From the human T2T-CHM13v2.0 reference genome, Homo sapiens: a stretch of 64,000 nt of DNA. The translations under genes and the position numbers were made by a program. The number at the start of each line of letters is the position of its first letter. Positions within the stretch are counted from its first letter, which is position 1. Shown here piece by piece: positions 28,201 to 42,870 of this stretch. The DNA lies in the NCBI GenBank assembly GCA_009914755.4, contig CP068257.2, positions 28,128,001 to 28,192,000 on the forward strand. Reading direction: 5' to 3'. The notes under the pieces are model-generated. The model saw nothing but the letters and a program-made list of their open reading frames with translations. It did no database searches and was not told where the DNA came from.

Positions 28201-28302
28201 AAGTCCCCTTTTATTATATTTGAGATACATATTACCAGTAAGAAGGCCCAATAAATGATACAGGTTAAGATGTTAATCATAATGAATGCCCAGTTTCGTA
28301 GT

Positions 28303-28637
<335 letters not shown>

Positions 28638-29944
28638 TGAATGTTTGGTTGGTGCCCCTTTTCTAAATCCTATTCCAGATTCTAGGATACCACAGTGAAT
28701 GAAGGCTCATTGCTTCACGGAATTTACATTCCAGGTGGGGTGATGGATTCTAAATAACAAATCAGTTTAAAAGAGGCACTGATGGTGGTGGGAAAAAAGT
28801 AAACAGGGTAATAGAAAGATGCTTGGGAAGGAGAGGGGGCCAACTTTAAATTGGGTGGTCTGAGTAGGTGACACTGATGCTGAGAAGTGGTTGGAACAGT
28901 TAGTGCAAAAGTCCTCAGAGACCAAGAGTTGGGCATCATCCAGGAACAGAAAGCAGATCACTGTGGCTGGATCTGAAGCTGGATCTGGAGTATGGTGTGA
29001 GCTCTGGTCAAAGAGAAATGCTGGACCAGAGCCCATGGGACTTCGCAAGATGTGGTAAGGGACGAGAAATTTATCCTCAGTGTGATGGAAAGCCAGACAA
29101 ATCTGTGATATACTGATGCTGGAGATATCTCCCGATTAGAATTGTCTTTTCCTGCATTCCCAGGAGAAGAGGAGGAAAAAAAAAGGAGGGAAAAGGGTTT
29201 GGGGGCACTGAAGCCTGGAGAAAGAACAGTGCTTTATAAGAGTGGAGTCGTTCCTGTGGTTTAGTACTATGATTGCTGTTGAGTTCCAGCAAGGACCCTT
29301 TGGATTCAGCTATCCACATACATGAAGCAGGGAGAGACAAAGAAGAAGAAGGAGAAGGGAAGTGGGGGGGGAATTTAAATAGTATAGTTTAGGTAGTTCA
29401 ATGGGCCTGAAATAGTCCACGCATGATGTTGAACTGTATGAAAAGCAAGCCTCAAGACTTTTACTGGATTCTCAGCCTTGGCAAAGAAGGAAAATTTATT
29501 CTTAAGGTGGGCAGGCAATTGGTCAATGATGGCTTTCTAATAGTCTAGTAAAAGCAGTTGAAAGCCCTAGAGAAATGCTGACTACTAAGGAGTTGGAGGG
29601 CCTGATAAAGGAGAGGATGGAGATTACTGTAGAGAGGAAGAACCAAGATGAAATTTGCATATATTTGTTGAAATATTTTAAGCAGAAAACTCTTAAATAA
29701 ACTAATTTCTGAATATGAGCTTTCTGTGGGCCTATGTATTCATGATACTATAAATATAACAAATATTTACACATGTATTGATGGAGAGGACTGCAGGTGC
29801 AAATAAGAATGTTTGCTTTATATGCTGATTTAACAACATAATTTTTGTACGTTAGAATTTTTGATAAAAAAGTGGGTTTTAGAGTTTAATGAAATACTTA
29901 CCATATCAATTTTGGAGTTTAACCCATTTGTAAATTGGAAACTG

Positions 29945-30070
29945 ACTGTTATGTGTGTGTGTATATAGTATATATTAATAAATAGTATATATGTCTATGT
30001 ATTGTGTATATGTGTATATGTATGTGTATATGTATATGTGTGGATATATATACACACATATGTATATAGC
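29945..30070. repeat. Compound low-complexity (TG/TA-rich, TATGTG-like) microsatellite region.
   Basis: gttatgtgtgtgtgtatatagtatat...gtgtatatgtgtatatgtatgtgtatatgtatatgtgtggatatatatacacacatatgtatatag. Confidence 0.8.
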
Positions 30071-31295
30071 TTAGATAAGTTCAGCTTTTGAATTTACTGG
30101 AATAAGAGGTGCTTTCCCTTTGTTCCATCTGTAAAAGAAGAAAAGGATCCCCATGGTTGCCATGATTATATGACACAGATGGAATTATGAATTCAGTGTT
30201 AGGAAAGTGCTCATGATTACCATTATTTGAAATGTCTTGTGGGTGAGGTGAGAAAATTACTTCCTGAAGGTGCATTTACTCTCTCAGGGCACTGGTTTGC
30301 CATTCCCATCGTTATGAGGTAATTTCCTGAAAGGCACAGACTTCTCAACATGAGAAATCCTAGAGCATTGTCAAAAGCAAGTTTCATCCCAAGTACGCAG
30401 TAGGCACTCCATAAATGTATGCTGAATGGACAAAATTTGAGCAGCTGGTGGTGATAATTATGATTTAACTACAACCAAAATGTCCACTATGGTTAATTAA
30501 ATATGCCTGCTCTGAAATATTTCCTTTGCTTTGCTCAGTGCAACATGATGCATGGAGTTCCGAAGGCATGGTGTGGACTCACTGCTAGGTGATGGTGCAA
30601 GTTGCAAGGTACACCTATTCCTATTCATGATGCGACTTAGTATGAAAGTGACAGTACAAACGTAAACAACCTCATTAGCAGCTCTTACCAAATGTAAATG
30701 TATAGCACGAAGAGTAATTGTTTTACTGGGGAAAGAAAGAATATCTGCTTTTTTATTTTTAATTAGCTTCCTCAGAATACGGGAAGAATAATTTCCACTT
30801 TTGTCTCAGTAGCACTTAGTGCAATCAAAACTATTTAATGTCACTATTTTCTACTACCCTGTGTCAATTAATGCACCTTCATTGCACGTGAGCAAATCTG
30901 ATCCTCTCCCTCATACGCAGGCTGTGAATGAAAGCTGGTTCATGTAAATGGCCCAGAAAAAAACATATTCAGGAGGAGGATGGAGGAAAATTCTTCTCTA
31001 ATATGCACACACACTACATTGTTGACTGGGACCTAGCATGCAAGGCAATATAGGGTGTCTACGAGACTAAGCCAGATAACATGAACATGAGGCTATTGCT
31101 TGTGGATATTCTTGATAGGAACATTTTTTTGTGTGTGTAATGTTTAGGGCCATAGCCTTGGACAACCCCGTGCATTAATCTCTCACAGTATAGTCCACAG
31201 GAATGTTGCTCCCCCAAGTCCCATAGTGCCTAGCTGCTTCCATATGTAACAGCCCTGCTACAAGTTATGGCTCTTGAGTATATTCAGTGGAGTGC

Positions 31296-31432
31296 ATGCT
31301 CTCTCTCTCTCTTTGTCTCTCTCTCCCACCCCCTACCCTGCCCCTTCCCCTTTTCCTTTTCCCCTCTCTGCCTTTTCCTTCTCCTCCTCCTTCTCCCCCT
31401 TCCTGTTTATTCCTCTCTCTGTTGGTTAAAGA
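31296..31432. repeat. Polypyrimidine / polypurine tract of about 135 bp, almost exclusively C and T on the + strand.
   Basis: ctctctctctctttgtctctctctcccaccccctaccctgccccttccccttttccttttcccctctctgccttttccttctcctcctccttctcccccttcc. Confidence 0.85.
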
Positions 31433-32881
31433 GCATGGCAGAGAAAGACAGAAAGGAAAGCTGCCTTCCCCTACTAGAAGAGAAATATCCTAATAATGTG
31501 ACCATCACCGGCTAGCTAAATAATTCAGGTTAACTAGAAAGGGCTACTAGAAGACCAGCAAATTAGCTGAATTATAGAATAAGTTTGAAAATCATTGATT
31601 TCAAATAAATACATTAAATAAAGGCTCAGAAAATTTTGCTTATAGCGGTGCTCCACAGATTTGCTTTAAAAATGTATTTATAATTCACATGTAATTGTTT
31701 GTCTGCCAAGTGGGTGTGTTTTTAGGAAGCATTCCACGCACTTTGTTAACCTTCTTCACAAACTTTGCCCTCGTGGAAGACACAAAGGTCCATTTCAGCA
31801 TGGCTCTGTCCAAATTATGACAATTATTTTTTATAATAATGACATAAAGCTTGAAATGCAAATTTATGTACAAAATGTTTTAAAAAGACCTCATGAGAAT
31901 AAAAGGACTGTGTTTTCATAGTCCAACAACAAAAACCTGATTTTACTTCAAAAAGTGACCCCGATTAGTCATTTAATTTTACCAAAAATAGGATTTTGTT
32001 TGATAAGATAATTATAACTTGTTTTTCCCCTAATATTCCAGACATTTCATAATGATCAAATGAAATGACCACATATGAAAGCAATTTCTTTAAAAACAGC
32101 CTGTAATTCCCTAACAATTTAGTGCATAGAAATCATCAATTATTAAATTAATGGAGAAAAACGTATATTTTTAAATATCGATTTTAAATAACTGACTCAG
32201 TAGCACATCTCACTAAAATCCAGATCTGTACATGTCACTGTGTTAGAGAAACATTATCTCACTTTTAAAAGCCCAGCAAATATTTTCACAACCTTAAAAT
32301 ACTACTTGAGGAAGTTACTTTGGGTTTACAGTCAGCTATTATAGTTCTATAATTGTCAAGCTATGAAACATCATCATCATGGTTAAAAGTAAATGGAAGC
32401 AAAATGTACCTCGTTCCTTGTGGATCTGTGAGTTAACCAGTACATGGGACCTGCTTTCTGAATAGTACCTAGGCAGTTGCATATATTATGTGTTAGAAAC
32501 TGTTTTCTTTTTATGTACTGATTTTTCCAGGTACAGAATAATGTAGTTGGGTTTCTTGGGCTTTTGTGTTATTGTACAGTTTGTTTTTCATGGTAAAGAG
32601 AAAGTTGGGGAAATAGAAATATGTCTCTGAGTAACTAACTCATTATTGGTAATAATTCCAACTGGGATTTTGTCCAGAGACAACTAGTGAAAGAGGCTTC
32701 CTCTTCATTCACTCCATTTACTCTCCTGGAAGTATGATCATATAATTTATCATCCCAAATGACAGCATTTTTGAGTGCTGGTAAAACAGATGTAAATCAG
32801 AGATGTCCTGGGCAAACAGAATGTAAGGTCACCCTGGCTGTCACTCAGGAAGCTCCCAAGCTTCCTGATGCTTTGCTCTAA

Positions 32882-33199
<318 letters not shown>

Positions 33200-34520
33200 T
33201 AAGATTGGTTAATTATCTATGATTTCTATTTTTCCCTGATCTTTTACACCAGTTCACACCATGTAAAATGACTTCCCTTTGAGCTATCCTTGCTGCTCAG
33301 GTTCCTGATCTCCCAGCAGCTGGTCTTCAAGCCTCTCTGGGTAACCTGTGATATCTTCATCAAGTATTCTCATTTTCTCCACACATTAGACCAATATTAT
33401 TACTCCTTTCTTATCCTATTGCCCCATATTGCTCCACCTGAATTAATGTAAACTTTTTTTATAATAGTTTCTCAGATGCTAATAATTTCAACAGTCTTCA
33501 AGACCACAACTAAAGAATTTCCCGAATACTCTTTATCCATGCTACTTGACACTTCCTACACAGAAATAACTTTTGATGACTCTGTGAACAGATAAAGGCT
33601 CATTACTTTTAACATTTTCTAATAATTTAATGTATTTCCTCTTTTTTACTTGCTAGCAAGAGAGTTGCATATCATGAATCTTTTCTTTTGATAGTGAGGC
33701 TATCAACTTTTTCTTTTTTTCTGCTTGTAAGTCTGTCTAACTTGTCTCATATTTGGACAATGAGCTTCTAATGCTGTCCAGGGTTGTCAAAATCATACTT
33801 CTTCAATTCATTTGCCTACTCCATGACTACTGGAAATGGCCACATTTGTACATTATCACCCTTAAGATGGACACAATTTGTTTATGTTTCTAATTCTTAG
33901 CTTTGTCTCTTGAAATAAAGGATAGGACTCAGTTATTACATATTCAAAATTTTGTGTGCATTTTGTCATTGCAGGCCTATTTATTAAGAAAGTTTATGAA
34001 AATGTGTCCACACATCTACAAGTTTCAGAAATTTGAATTATATCTCATTCTTAGTGGGCTAAATAATGTGGAAGAAATTAATGCTGACAGCAGTCATCAT
34101 CTCTTAGTCTTCATTCTATCCCCAAGGCTGAGTGTGGTTCTTGGGTCTTTGAAGTCCCTAGTTAATGTCCATTTAATGAATGGAGACCAAAGTAAAATTT
34201 GGAGAAAGACCTAAACTGCCCCAATCAATTTAATGATAACTGATACAGGTCAAGTTTATTGTTATATTTTAATTGTTAATTTTCACCATTGAGATTATAT
34301 AATTTTAATTACAGAAATTATATCTGTATAATATATTATACATTATATATTCTATTGCGTATCATATAAAATATTATGTAAGCTATTTTGTAACTTTAGG
34401 CACTCAGCAATTGATCTGATCTCTATTATAAGAAGTGCAGCGTATCTGTTTTTTTCTTGGTTTCCATTATTATACATAGTTAACAAAGCTACATCTAAAC
34501 CAACATTAAAACAGAATTTG

Positions 34521-34846
34521 GGATGGGTGAGGTAGCTCACACCTGTAATCCCAGCACTTTGGGAGGCCGAGGTGAGCAGATCACTTGAGGCCAAAAGTTC
34601 GAGACCAGCCTGGCCAACATGGTGAAACCCCATCTCTACTAAAAATACAAAAACTAGTTGGGTGTGGTGGTGCATGTCTGTTATCCCAGCTACTCGAGAA
34701 GCTGAAGTAGGAGAATCACTTGAACTGGGGAGGAAGAGGTTTCAGTGAGCTGAGATCACACCACTGCCCTCCAGCCTGGGTGACAGAGGGAGACTCTGTC
34801 TCAAAAGCAAACAAACAAACAAACAACAGAAAAAAAAAAAGAAAAA
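34521..34846 (+). mobile_element. Alu in forward orientation with an A-rich tail carrying (CAAA)n. It is flanked by a ~10-bp duplication acagaatttg / acagaatttag (34511-34520 and 34850-34860).
   Basis: ggatgggtgaggtagctcacacctgtaatcccagcactttgggaggccgaggtgagcagatcacttgagg ... ccagcctgggtgacagagggagactctgtctcaaaagcaaacaaacaaacaaac. Confidence 0.9.
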
Positions 34847-37346
34847 CCCACAGAATTTAGTTGGTTTCTAATGCGTTAGTACAAAAGTAAACATTTTAAA
34901 TAGCCATAGCAGAAGGTGAAACTTTCCTATTATCAGGAAATCAGGTAGCGGCTATCAAGCTGCCAGCAAGACAGTGTCCTTACCTGCAAAAAAAAGAGGA
35001 ATGAAGCTCAGAGATACACTGACCTTTTGTACTATGTGGGGAAAGGCTGCAATCATTTTCTTAAGCCTGTGTGAAAAATGTTTCTGGTATACTTTATGTC
35101 TTTGTGCATGGGAGGAAGGTCTGAGGAAGCCACGCAGAAAGCATCAGTGGCCAGAGAATAATTGCTGCCAATCAGGCCTTTCTCACCCACGGTTCTGAGA
35201 TGGAGGAGTTGTCATGTGTACAAATGAATTCCTGATGTGACAGGCTGCCATGAACAGTGATATTTGGCTTCTGTTTCTAGTTGATTATACTACAAATCTA
35301 TTCCTGGAGTGGAGAGATGTAGAGACATTGAAGCCAATGTATACGGGGAAGCTGTGTATTATATATGCACCCTCTCAGTTTTCACCCATTCACAAATTCC
35401 TGCCTGGACAAAATAATTCCATCACACAGCCTCGTAATTTATTTATAGTTAATCTATGACATATATGTAATTAGTTGCATTTGTCAATATAATAAAAATG
35501 TTGAATTTGCAAGGATAGTAGGCAAAATTCTTCACTAATTTTTGATCACCTTGAAAAGAACAGTTCCATTTAAAAGTTGTAGAGTTCTACATGAAGAGCA
35601 ACACAATGCCTGAGCTTGTCATTTTTCTTTAACAATGTCCCGCCTAGATTTCTTTTATCAAAAAAGTACAACGTTTTCTCCCACTAGATGAGGTTTCCTC
35701 TTGCAATGCCCAATCATCCCTTTATTATTGCCTCCTCTGAGTAGATACTGCATCCTACACTCTTCATGAAATTCAGCTCTTTCTTCAGTGATGAAAAACA
35801 AATAAAGTCTGTTTTTCAGTTTGTTGGTTTTTAGTCCCAATGAGTATGTTTTCTTCTTTTGTTTTGTACTCATATGTAAGTCCCCAGAGTACTTCTAAAA
35901 CAAATTATAGAGAATAGGTGGCATCTACTCAACATGATGAGTCCTGAATACCGACTGGAAGAAATTGACTTTATTTATTAAAGATCCTTTCTATCTACTG
36001 TCTTTTATAATATACTTGGCTGTCTGTCTTGCATTGATCCAACCTGATAATAAGCTTTATTAGGTCTATCCTCTGAACATCCAAGGATACTGCTGCTAAA
36101 AATTCTTAGGCGAATGGGAAGTAATGACTTACCAGATTCTCAATTTAGGTTTTATTGGTGACCTCACTGAAAAAGCTAACAATAGGATGGATAAAATTTA
36201 ACTCTACTACGTACTCCAGGATTATCGTTCATTACTTTAATGTAAGTAGTGCTAAGTAGTTTAGCATAACTTTAAACACACAAGTTCTTTTTCTTACAAC
36301 TATATAGCTTAGAGCCCTAAGATGATTTAGTTGTTCAAATTTTTCCCTAAAATTCTGCAATTTGAATAAATATGAGAACTCCAAGTGAATTCCAGTCTTA
36401 ACATTGTATCACATTAAATTGAAGAAAGAAAAGCAAGACAACTACCACAGTGCCTTTTAAAAATCCTTCATTCATTACCTGCATTTCTCAAAGAATTTTA
36501 GAGTGATTTCAAAGAACATTAAAAGAAACACTTTTCAAAGTCCACTTTCCTCTCAATTCCTGTCTCCAAATACTCCTCGGCATGTCCAAAGCCTCTTTGG
36601 GTTGCTCAAAGCAGTATTAACGTGCTGACAAATTCTAGGGACTCTGTATATTAATTCTCCTTAAACATTGGTGGGTTAAAAATGACACTATATAGTCCGA
36701 AGACATCACCTGGCTGGCTTGCTTTACTTGGTGGTTGGTTTGGTTAGATGCTGTGTTTGGTGGAGGTAGGAGTGAAGATTGGAGAGAGGCTGAGAGAGAT
36801 CGATGCTAAATTAATTCCATTTGTCCCTACTGACAATCAACAAAAGATTACCTCCAGATAATACTATCTCAGAGAACACCTGAGAACTGTAAACATTGCC
36901 TGGAATTGTCACATTCCAAGAATGCCAGCAATCCCAGGCTAAACCTCATCATCCAAAATAAAGGTTATCAACCCTTTTCCTCATATCAGTTACATGGAAA
37001 CAATCACATCTTCCGTCTTGGACATTTCAACCTTTAATGTGCCATCAAAGCATTATATTTAAAAATCTGTCTTGCTTAATTTTATAATTAGAAGAACTGG
37101 AAAAGAATTGCAACCGTTTTAAGACATTTAGACTGACATGGACACTTACCATATGTAAAACCACATGGCGCTGTTATGCTATTCACGGAATGTCTCACTT
37201 AAGGTAGAGAGTAGAATATCTTCCACTTAACATGTAAACAAATGTTTAAAGACATTAGGTGACCTGTCCAGGGACACACAGCCAGTAAAGGCCAACCTCA
37301 GATTTAAACCCAGCTGTATCTCACTCCAGAGCCCCAGAGCCCAGGT

Positions 37347-37686
37347 GTTTTTGTTTGTTTGTTTGTTTTCATTTGTTTTTTGTTTGTTTGTTTGTTTTTT
37401 GAGATGGAGTCTCACTCTGTCGCCCAGGCTGGAGTGCAGTGGCACAATCTTGCCTCAGTGCAACCTCTGCCTCCTGGGTTCCAGCGATTCTCTTGCGTTA
37501 ACCTCCCAGGTAGCTGGGACTACAGGCATGCACCACCATGCCCGACTAATTTTTGTATTTTTAGTAGAGACAGGATTTCACTATGTCGGCTAGGCTGGTC
37601 TTGAACTCCTGACCCCAAGTGATCCACCTGCCTTAGCCTCCCTCCCAAAGTGCTGGGATTATAGGCATGACCCACAGTGCCCAGCC
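37347..37686 (-). mobile_element. Alu in reverse orientation whose tail has expanded into a (TTTG)n microsatellite (37347-37400).
   Basis: tttgtttgtttgtttg...ttttttgagatggagtctcactctgtcgcccaggctggagtgcagtggcacaatcttgcctcagtgcaacc ... ataggcatgacccacagtgcccagcc. Confidence 0.9.
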
Positions 37687-39087
37687 AGTTTTTTTAAACA
37701 GACAACATTTATATTCAAGTAGAAATTCCACTTATGGTATTACTAAAGAGGTCATTTTAAGGTTAAACCATTATTGGCTCTACAGTAAAGTGTGAATGAA
37801 TTTTGTTAAGTGGAAAATAATAAAATTTATTTAATCATAAGAGGCTTCTCCGAACTTCTTCTGCAAATGAGATTGTTGTACTGAGGAGTCTCCTAGGGTC
37901 ATAACAGCTTGCAAAGTACATCGTTCTCTTATGCCATGGCATGAGAATTTAGACAGTTCCTTTTTCTGTGGGTACATGACAGCAAATCCCTTATAAGTTA
38001 TCTGGATCACAAAAATGAAATACACGATCTGGCTTTCTTAAAGCCTACATAGCCCAAAGCACTGGCCCTTTAGCTGCTCCCTCTAGGCATGCAACAATTC
38101 AATGCTACCAGGCATTTCCTTTCTTATGTGTCAGGGCTTATCTCTGAGAACAGTAGAAAGTGATTTTACAAATCGAAAGGAAAACAACTTTTCTCCACCA
38201 TGTGTATGCATTCTTACAAACCCATACTGGCCCATTTTCCCCACTCTAAAAGCTTTTAAAAAGAAGACACCTTTATTAAGCAAGCATTACAAGTCAGCAT
38301 TATTGTATTCACACATATATGACAGAATGGACTATAGCGAGAGTATGTACCCAGGTCTTGCAACTTTAAAAAGGGAATGTGTTCTTAACATTTCCTAATG
38401 GTCAATTGTTTCTTTATTGTACTTGATGAATTCTTGTTGGAATTTCTGTTGGCTCAATAAACCAAAAACTCTTCAAATGAAAATAAAGTTAATGAAACAA
38501 ACCAACCCGTTCACGCATTAGGCTTTTGATGAATACCTTCTGTGCACCTAACACTATAGTAGATTGTGTAGAAAACACAAGAAAGTATAAGACATGGTCT
38601 ATACCACAAAGATACTTTGTATATTGGAAGATGAACACTGTCACACAAGTATGAACAAAAAATGGTAAGACCCTGTATGTAGACAAGTCGGAGGAGGGAG
38701 AAAGAGGATCCATGGTCTATACCTGAGTGCCTGAGGACAGGGTGAGGCAGCTGATGGGAGAGGGCAAAGGGCGGTAATTGCTTTGATTTTGCCTCATCAC
38801 AACTCCAAAGCCAGCAACTGGTTTACAAAACAAGGGCCATGATCTCACTGAAAATAATATTACAAGAGATCCGATGGTGGATCATTTAACTTTTAATGCT
38901 CTCATTTTACAAGTGAAGAAATCAAGACAGACTGGTGTTGAGTACCTTGTTGAAGACCACATGGTTGACTAGGGACAGAAATGAGCTTAGAGCCAGGAGT
39001 AGTGACTCTTTGGAATGCTTTTAAGTTGACCATTTCTTCTACACTGGCCTCCCATACACGCAGGCTATTTTTTGACTTACTCTTCTA

Positions 39088-39167
39088 TTAGGTGGGTACA
39101 AAAGTAATTGCGGTTTTTACCATTACTTTTAATTGTAAAAACCGCAATTACTTTTGCACCAACTTAA
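39088..39167. mobile_element. MADE1, an 80-bp palindromic MITE derived from the Hsmar1 mariner.
   Basis: ttaggtgggtacaaaagtaattgcggtttttaccattacttttaattgtaaaaaccgcaattacttttgcaccaacttaa is a near-perfect 80-bp palindrome with mariner-like termini. Confidence 0.85.
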
Positions 39168-40234
39168 TAAATAGTACTTACCTCTTTTTAAATTTAGCTG
39201 ACACGGTCCAAAAAGTGGAAAAGTCACAGTTAATTATTTTTAGTCAGGCTATTGATCAGGGGCTTAAATCAAATACCCAAACTGAATTCAGACTTCACTA
39301 ATTTGCTGAAGCTTGAAATGTGGAAAAAAGCCCCAAACTTCAAGGTTTGTGAAACCTGGATCATCATTTTGACTGACTACCAGTGTGTACTAACTGGAAC
39401 TATTTTCAGTAAAATTATTTTACGGAAATTAGTAAAAAAAGATTCAGCATGTTTTACAAGAAGACAGCATGAAGATATAGGGCTGTGAAGTTCTGCAACT
39501 CTGTGGACATATTTTCAATTAATTTTCACATACGCAGATATTGAAAACTATATGTATATAAGAACATAAACTCTTTATAAAACAATTCTCAATTCAAAAA
39601 TTATTGGTTAAAGAAATACTGTTCTTCTACAATTATAGCCCAGTGATAATTATAACCTAGGATTCTACTGGACTTTATTTCATAAGGCAATTCTTTGACG
39701 ACTCTACCCACTCTCTTTTTTTTCTTTTCTTTTTTTCTTTTGTAGAGATAAGCATCCATTATGTCTCACTTTATCAGACTTTGTGAAACAAAGCAAACAG
39801 CAAAAAAGAAGCTGGGAGATGGAAATTCAGAGGTGCAAGAAATTTCTCATTCATATCTTGGCATTTATTTCTCCCTGAGGCAAAAATGGATGGAACCATT
39901 TCAGAAGCTGAGTTTTCCAGTTATGCTGAAACTGAGAGGAAAAAGCTCCCCTCAACTGCCAGACACATGGAAGGCACTAGAAGGTGCCCCAACATGACTA
40001 GAAAGATCTGAATTCTCAATTGTCTCTGAATTCAAAAATTGTGGAGTCAGAGCTCTCAGTTTTTCTTACATCTAAATGTCAAGCCCTGCTATTAATCTTT
40101 TTAGAAAATATATTTATGACCTTCCTTACTCTTTATGTCTCTGACTACCTTAACTTAAGGCTTTATTACAAAATGCCTTCGGTAAGCCTCAGGTTTGTTA
40201 CTTTTGACTCTTGACAATCAAATTGACTTTCACC

Positions 40235-40295
40235 CTCTCCCTCTTTCAGTCTCTCTCTCTTTCTCTGTCTCTCTCTCTGCCTCTTCCCACCTCCA
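40235..40295. repeat. CT-rich polypyrimidine / (CT)n-like tract.
   Basis: ccctctccctctttcagtctctctctctttctctgtctctctctctgcctcttcccacctcc. Confidence 0.8.
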
Positions 40296-42659
40296 ACACA
40301 CAGTAGAATAACTTATTTTCAAAAAAAATATTGCTCTTGTTACTTTCCTGCCCAGCAAACTGTTGCACCAAATGAAAATCTTTTTGTCTGGATCTCATCA
40401 TCCTCCATTCTGTCCTCCAAATTGATTCACTGTGCATCACGCTCTCTGCATCCCATACAGCTTCTAAGATGATCTCTGTAGTTTGGTTCAGGCTATTCAC
40501 ACTGACTGAAATGCAATTTCAAGCCTCCATGTCTATACCAATCATAAAAACAGAAACCCGAAAGAATCTCTCCTTGACTATCCATCATCTGCGATCCATT
40601 TTGAACCCTCTGTCTGCCAAGAAATGTGTCTTGACCAATCTAGCTCACATAAAGTATATACTGACTTGTTTCCAAAATTACAACTTAGAATTTGATCCCG
40701 GATCTTCCACTAGTATGCTATATGACTCACAATACGTTGCATGTTCCTTGAGGGAGGCACTATATAACGCTGGATGCATGGCTGAAATGTGCTGGCAGTC
40801 ATAGTGTCCAGCACAGTCCTATAGATATGAAGGTTTCTTATTAATTGATTATTATCAAAGACCTCAAGCAGACAGTGAAATTTTATTACATAATGCTGTA
40901 GTTTTTTTTCACACTCTAATGCTTGATGAGATGTGGATATTTACGATCTGAATTTGATGAGTGGATAACTATCCCTTAATAGACAATCTGGTGGTCAGAT
41001 GTAAAGTAACCATAACTCCATCCTCCCGGCTGTTCCATGTTCTTCTATGTGAGATTTGTTCCTAAATTCCAACTTTATTTATTTTTAAAAATAATTTTGT
41101 AAAATGCAAAAAAAGCATTTTAATAAGTAAGCAAATGCCATAGTTATGGTTGCTGCAGGGTTAATTTATTCATCTTTCACAAGCTAAATGTTAACGCATA
41201 CATCTAAGTGCCAAAGTAATCAGCAATTATATGCACCACATAAGCAAATGAACATGTCACCATTACATTCTTTACATTTCCTGCCTCTTATCCTGGAACA
41301 GGATTCAGAAAAGTGTCAATAGAATGCAGGAGAATGCCATGTGTTGTGTTGAGAGAATTTTCTGGGCTGGGGCTCTGAACTTCAAAGACAATTTTGGGTA
41401 TAAGCTGGTGAGAGAAACCCTGGTGGCTCTTCTTTATAGCAGGGCTTTCACTAAGTAAATGGCCCCATGTGCACTCTGAAGAGTTGTGGAGGATGGGCTA
41501 GCTAACTTCCTAACTCTGTGAATACATGGTTCAGCTCTGTGCAAATCCACAATTGGCTTACTGACTCACAAAATTGGTAAGTGAGGAAAAAAAATATGTT
41601 TTTTTTTCCCAGCTAAGATGGCTATTATTTTCCTAAGCTCAGCATCCTTCCTCCATTGCTTTATCCAAGCAATAGACCCCATTCCTACCTGTAAGTCTGT
41701 ACACATGATCGAGGATGATCCCATTGACTCATTTCTTGGAATTATTTCTAGTTGGGGTCTGTAAGGAAGAGATCCTTTTCTCTTCTATCATGGAATGTAA
41801 GGAGAAGGAAAAGAGCTGACTGTAGCTATGTGTCCAGCATCAAGTAGATAAACCTGGTCTGGGAGAATAAACCTGATACACTAAGGCAAAGGGTTGGAGG
41901 ATGGACAGAAGCTCATAATGGCATTAGATGTCTTGACCCCATCGTTTCAGTTATTCCAAAACCAGCTCAGCTTTTTCTTTGAATGTGAGATCTACCTCTT
42001 TATCTTGATAATAACTCCCCCATATATCCATTTTTCCCCTAACCTACATCTCGCTCATACGTAATCAAAGAAAAGTGTCTAAAACATCAACCAAGGCAAG
42101 GGAGAAATTTTTTAAGCCAAATTTTCATCAGAGAAAAAGAGATTCTAAAGATTTGCCACTCTCCTTCCCCATCAGCATGTCTAGTTTCCATACCTGGCTT
42201 GAAAATGCTTGCACCAAAGTGCTTCCTAAGAAAGATTTGTGTGCTTGAAAGAGATTTCTTTAATTAGACAATAGAGCATGGTCCATTTTCAACTCCAATT
42301 AAAAAAAAAAATGAAGACAAAACGCTAAACTTGCCTCACTAAGTGCAATCTTATTTGAATACAATGAATATAGAAGAAGCTGAATCTAATTATAAAGTCA
42401 GCAAATGGTAATATCAGGATGTTGAGGCTAATGTTTTTTGCACTGTATGATAGTAGGGCAAATTATTTTCAGTTTAATTGTAAAGCTTTCTTTAAAGAGA
42501 GAAATGACACATTCTATGTTATCATTTGCTACTTTTAAAAAGTTATAAAAATATGAACGGCTAATGTTTGGGGAACTTTCCCCTGCTATTATTCTTGCAT
42601 GCAAATGCCAGTTTGTGTGTGTAAAAAGAAAGGTATCTGTGGGAAGTTAGTTATACATA

Positions 42660-42870
42660 AGTGTCATTAAAAATACTAATAGCAAACTTGTATAGTATTT
42701 ACCATAGACCAGGCACTATCCTAAACTTTCATATGACTTCATTTTGCCCTCATAATAGTCTTATCAACTATTATTATCCCCATTTTACATATTAGAAGGC
42801 TGAAGTTCTGAGACTAACTTCACCTCTTAAAGGCAAGCTGATGTGATGGAGTGGACAACTTTGTTTGCCT
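42660..42870 (-). mobile_element. MIR (mammalian-wide interspersed repeat) fragment in antisense orientation.
   Basis: Resembles the antisense MIR core ccccattttacagatgaggaaactgaggc... (tatccccattttacatattagaaggctgaagttctgagactaacttcacc). Boundaries are approximate. Confidence 0.45.

Noticed and set aside
39088-39167. Perfect 80-bp hairpin. It could be a miRNA precursor.
   Set aside because: The sequence is the MADE1 MITE consensus. Some MADE1 copies do give rise to hsa-mir-548 family members, but nothing in the sequence distinguishes this copy as an expressed locus.
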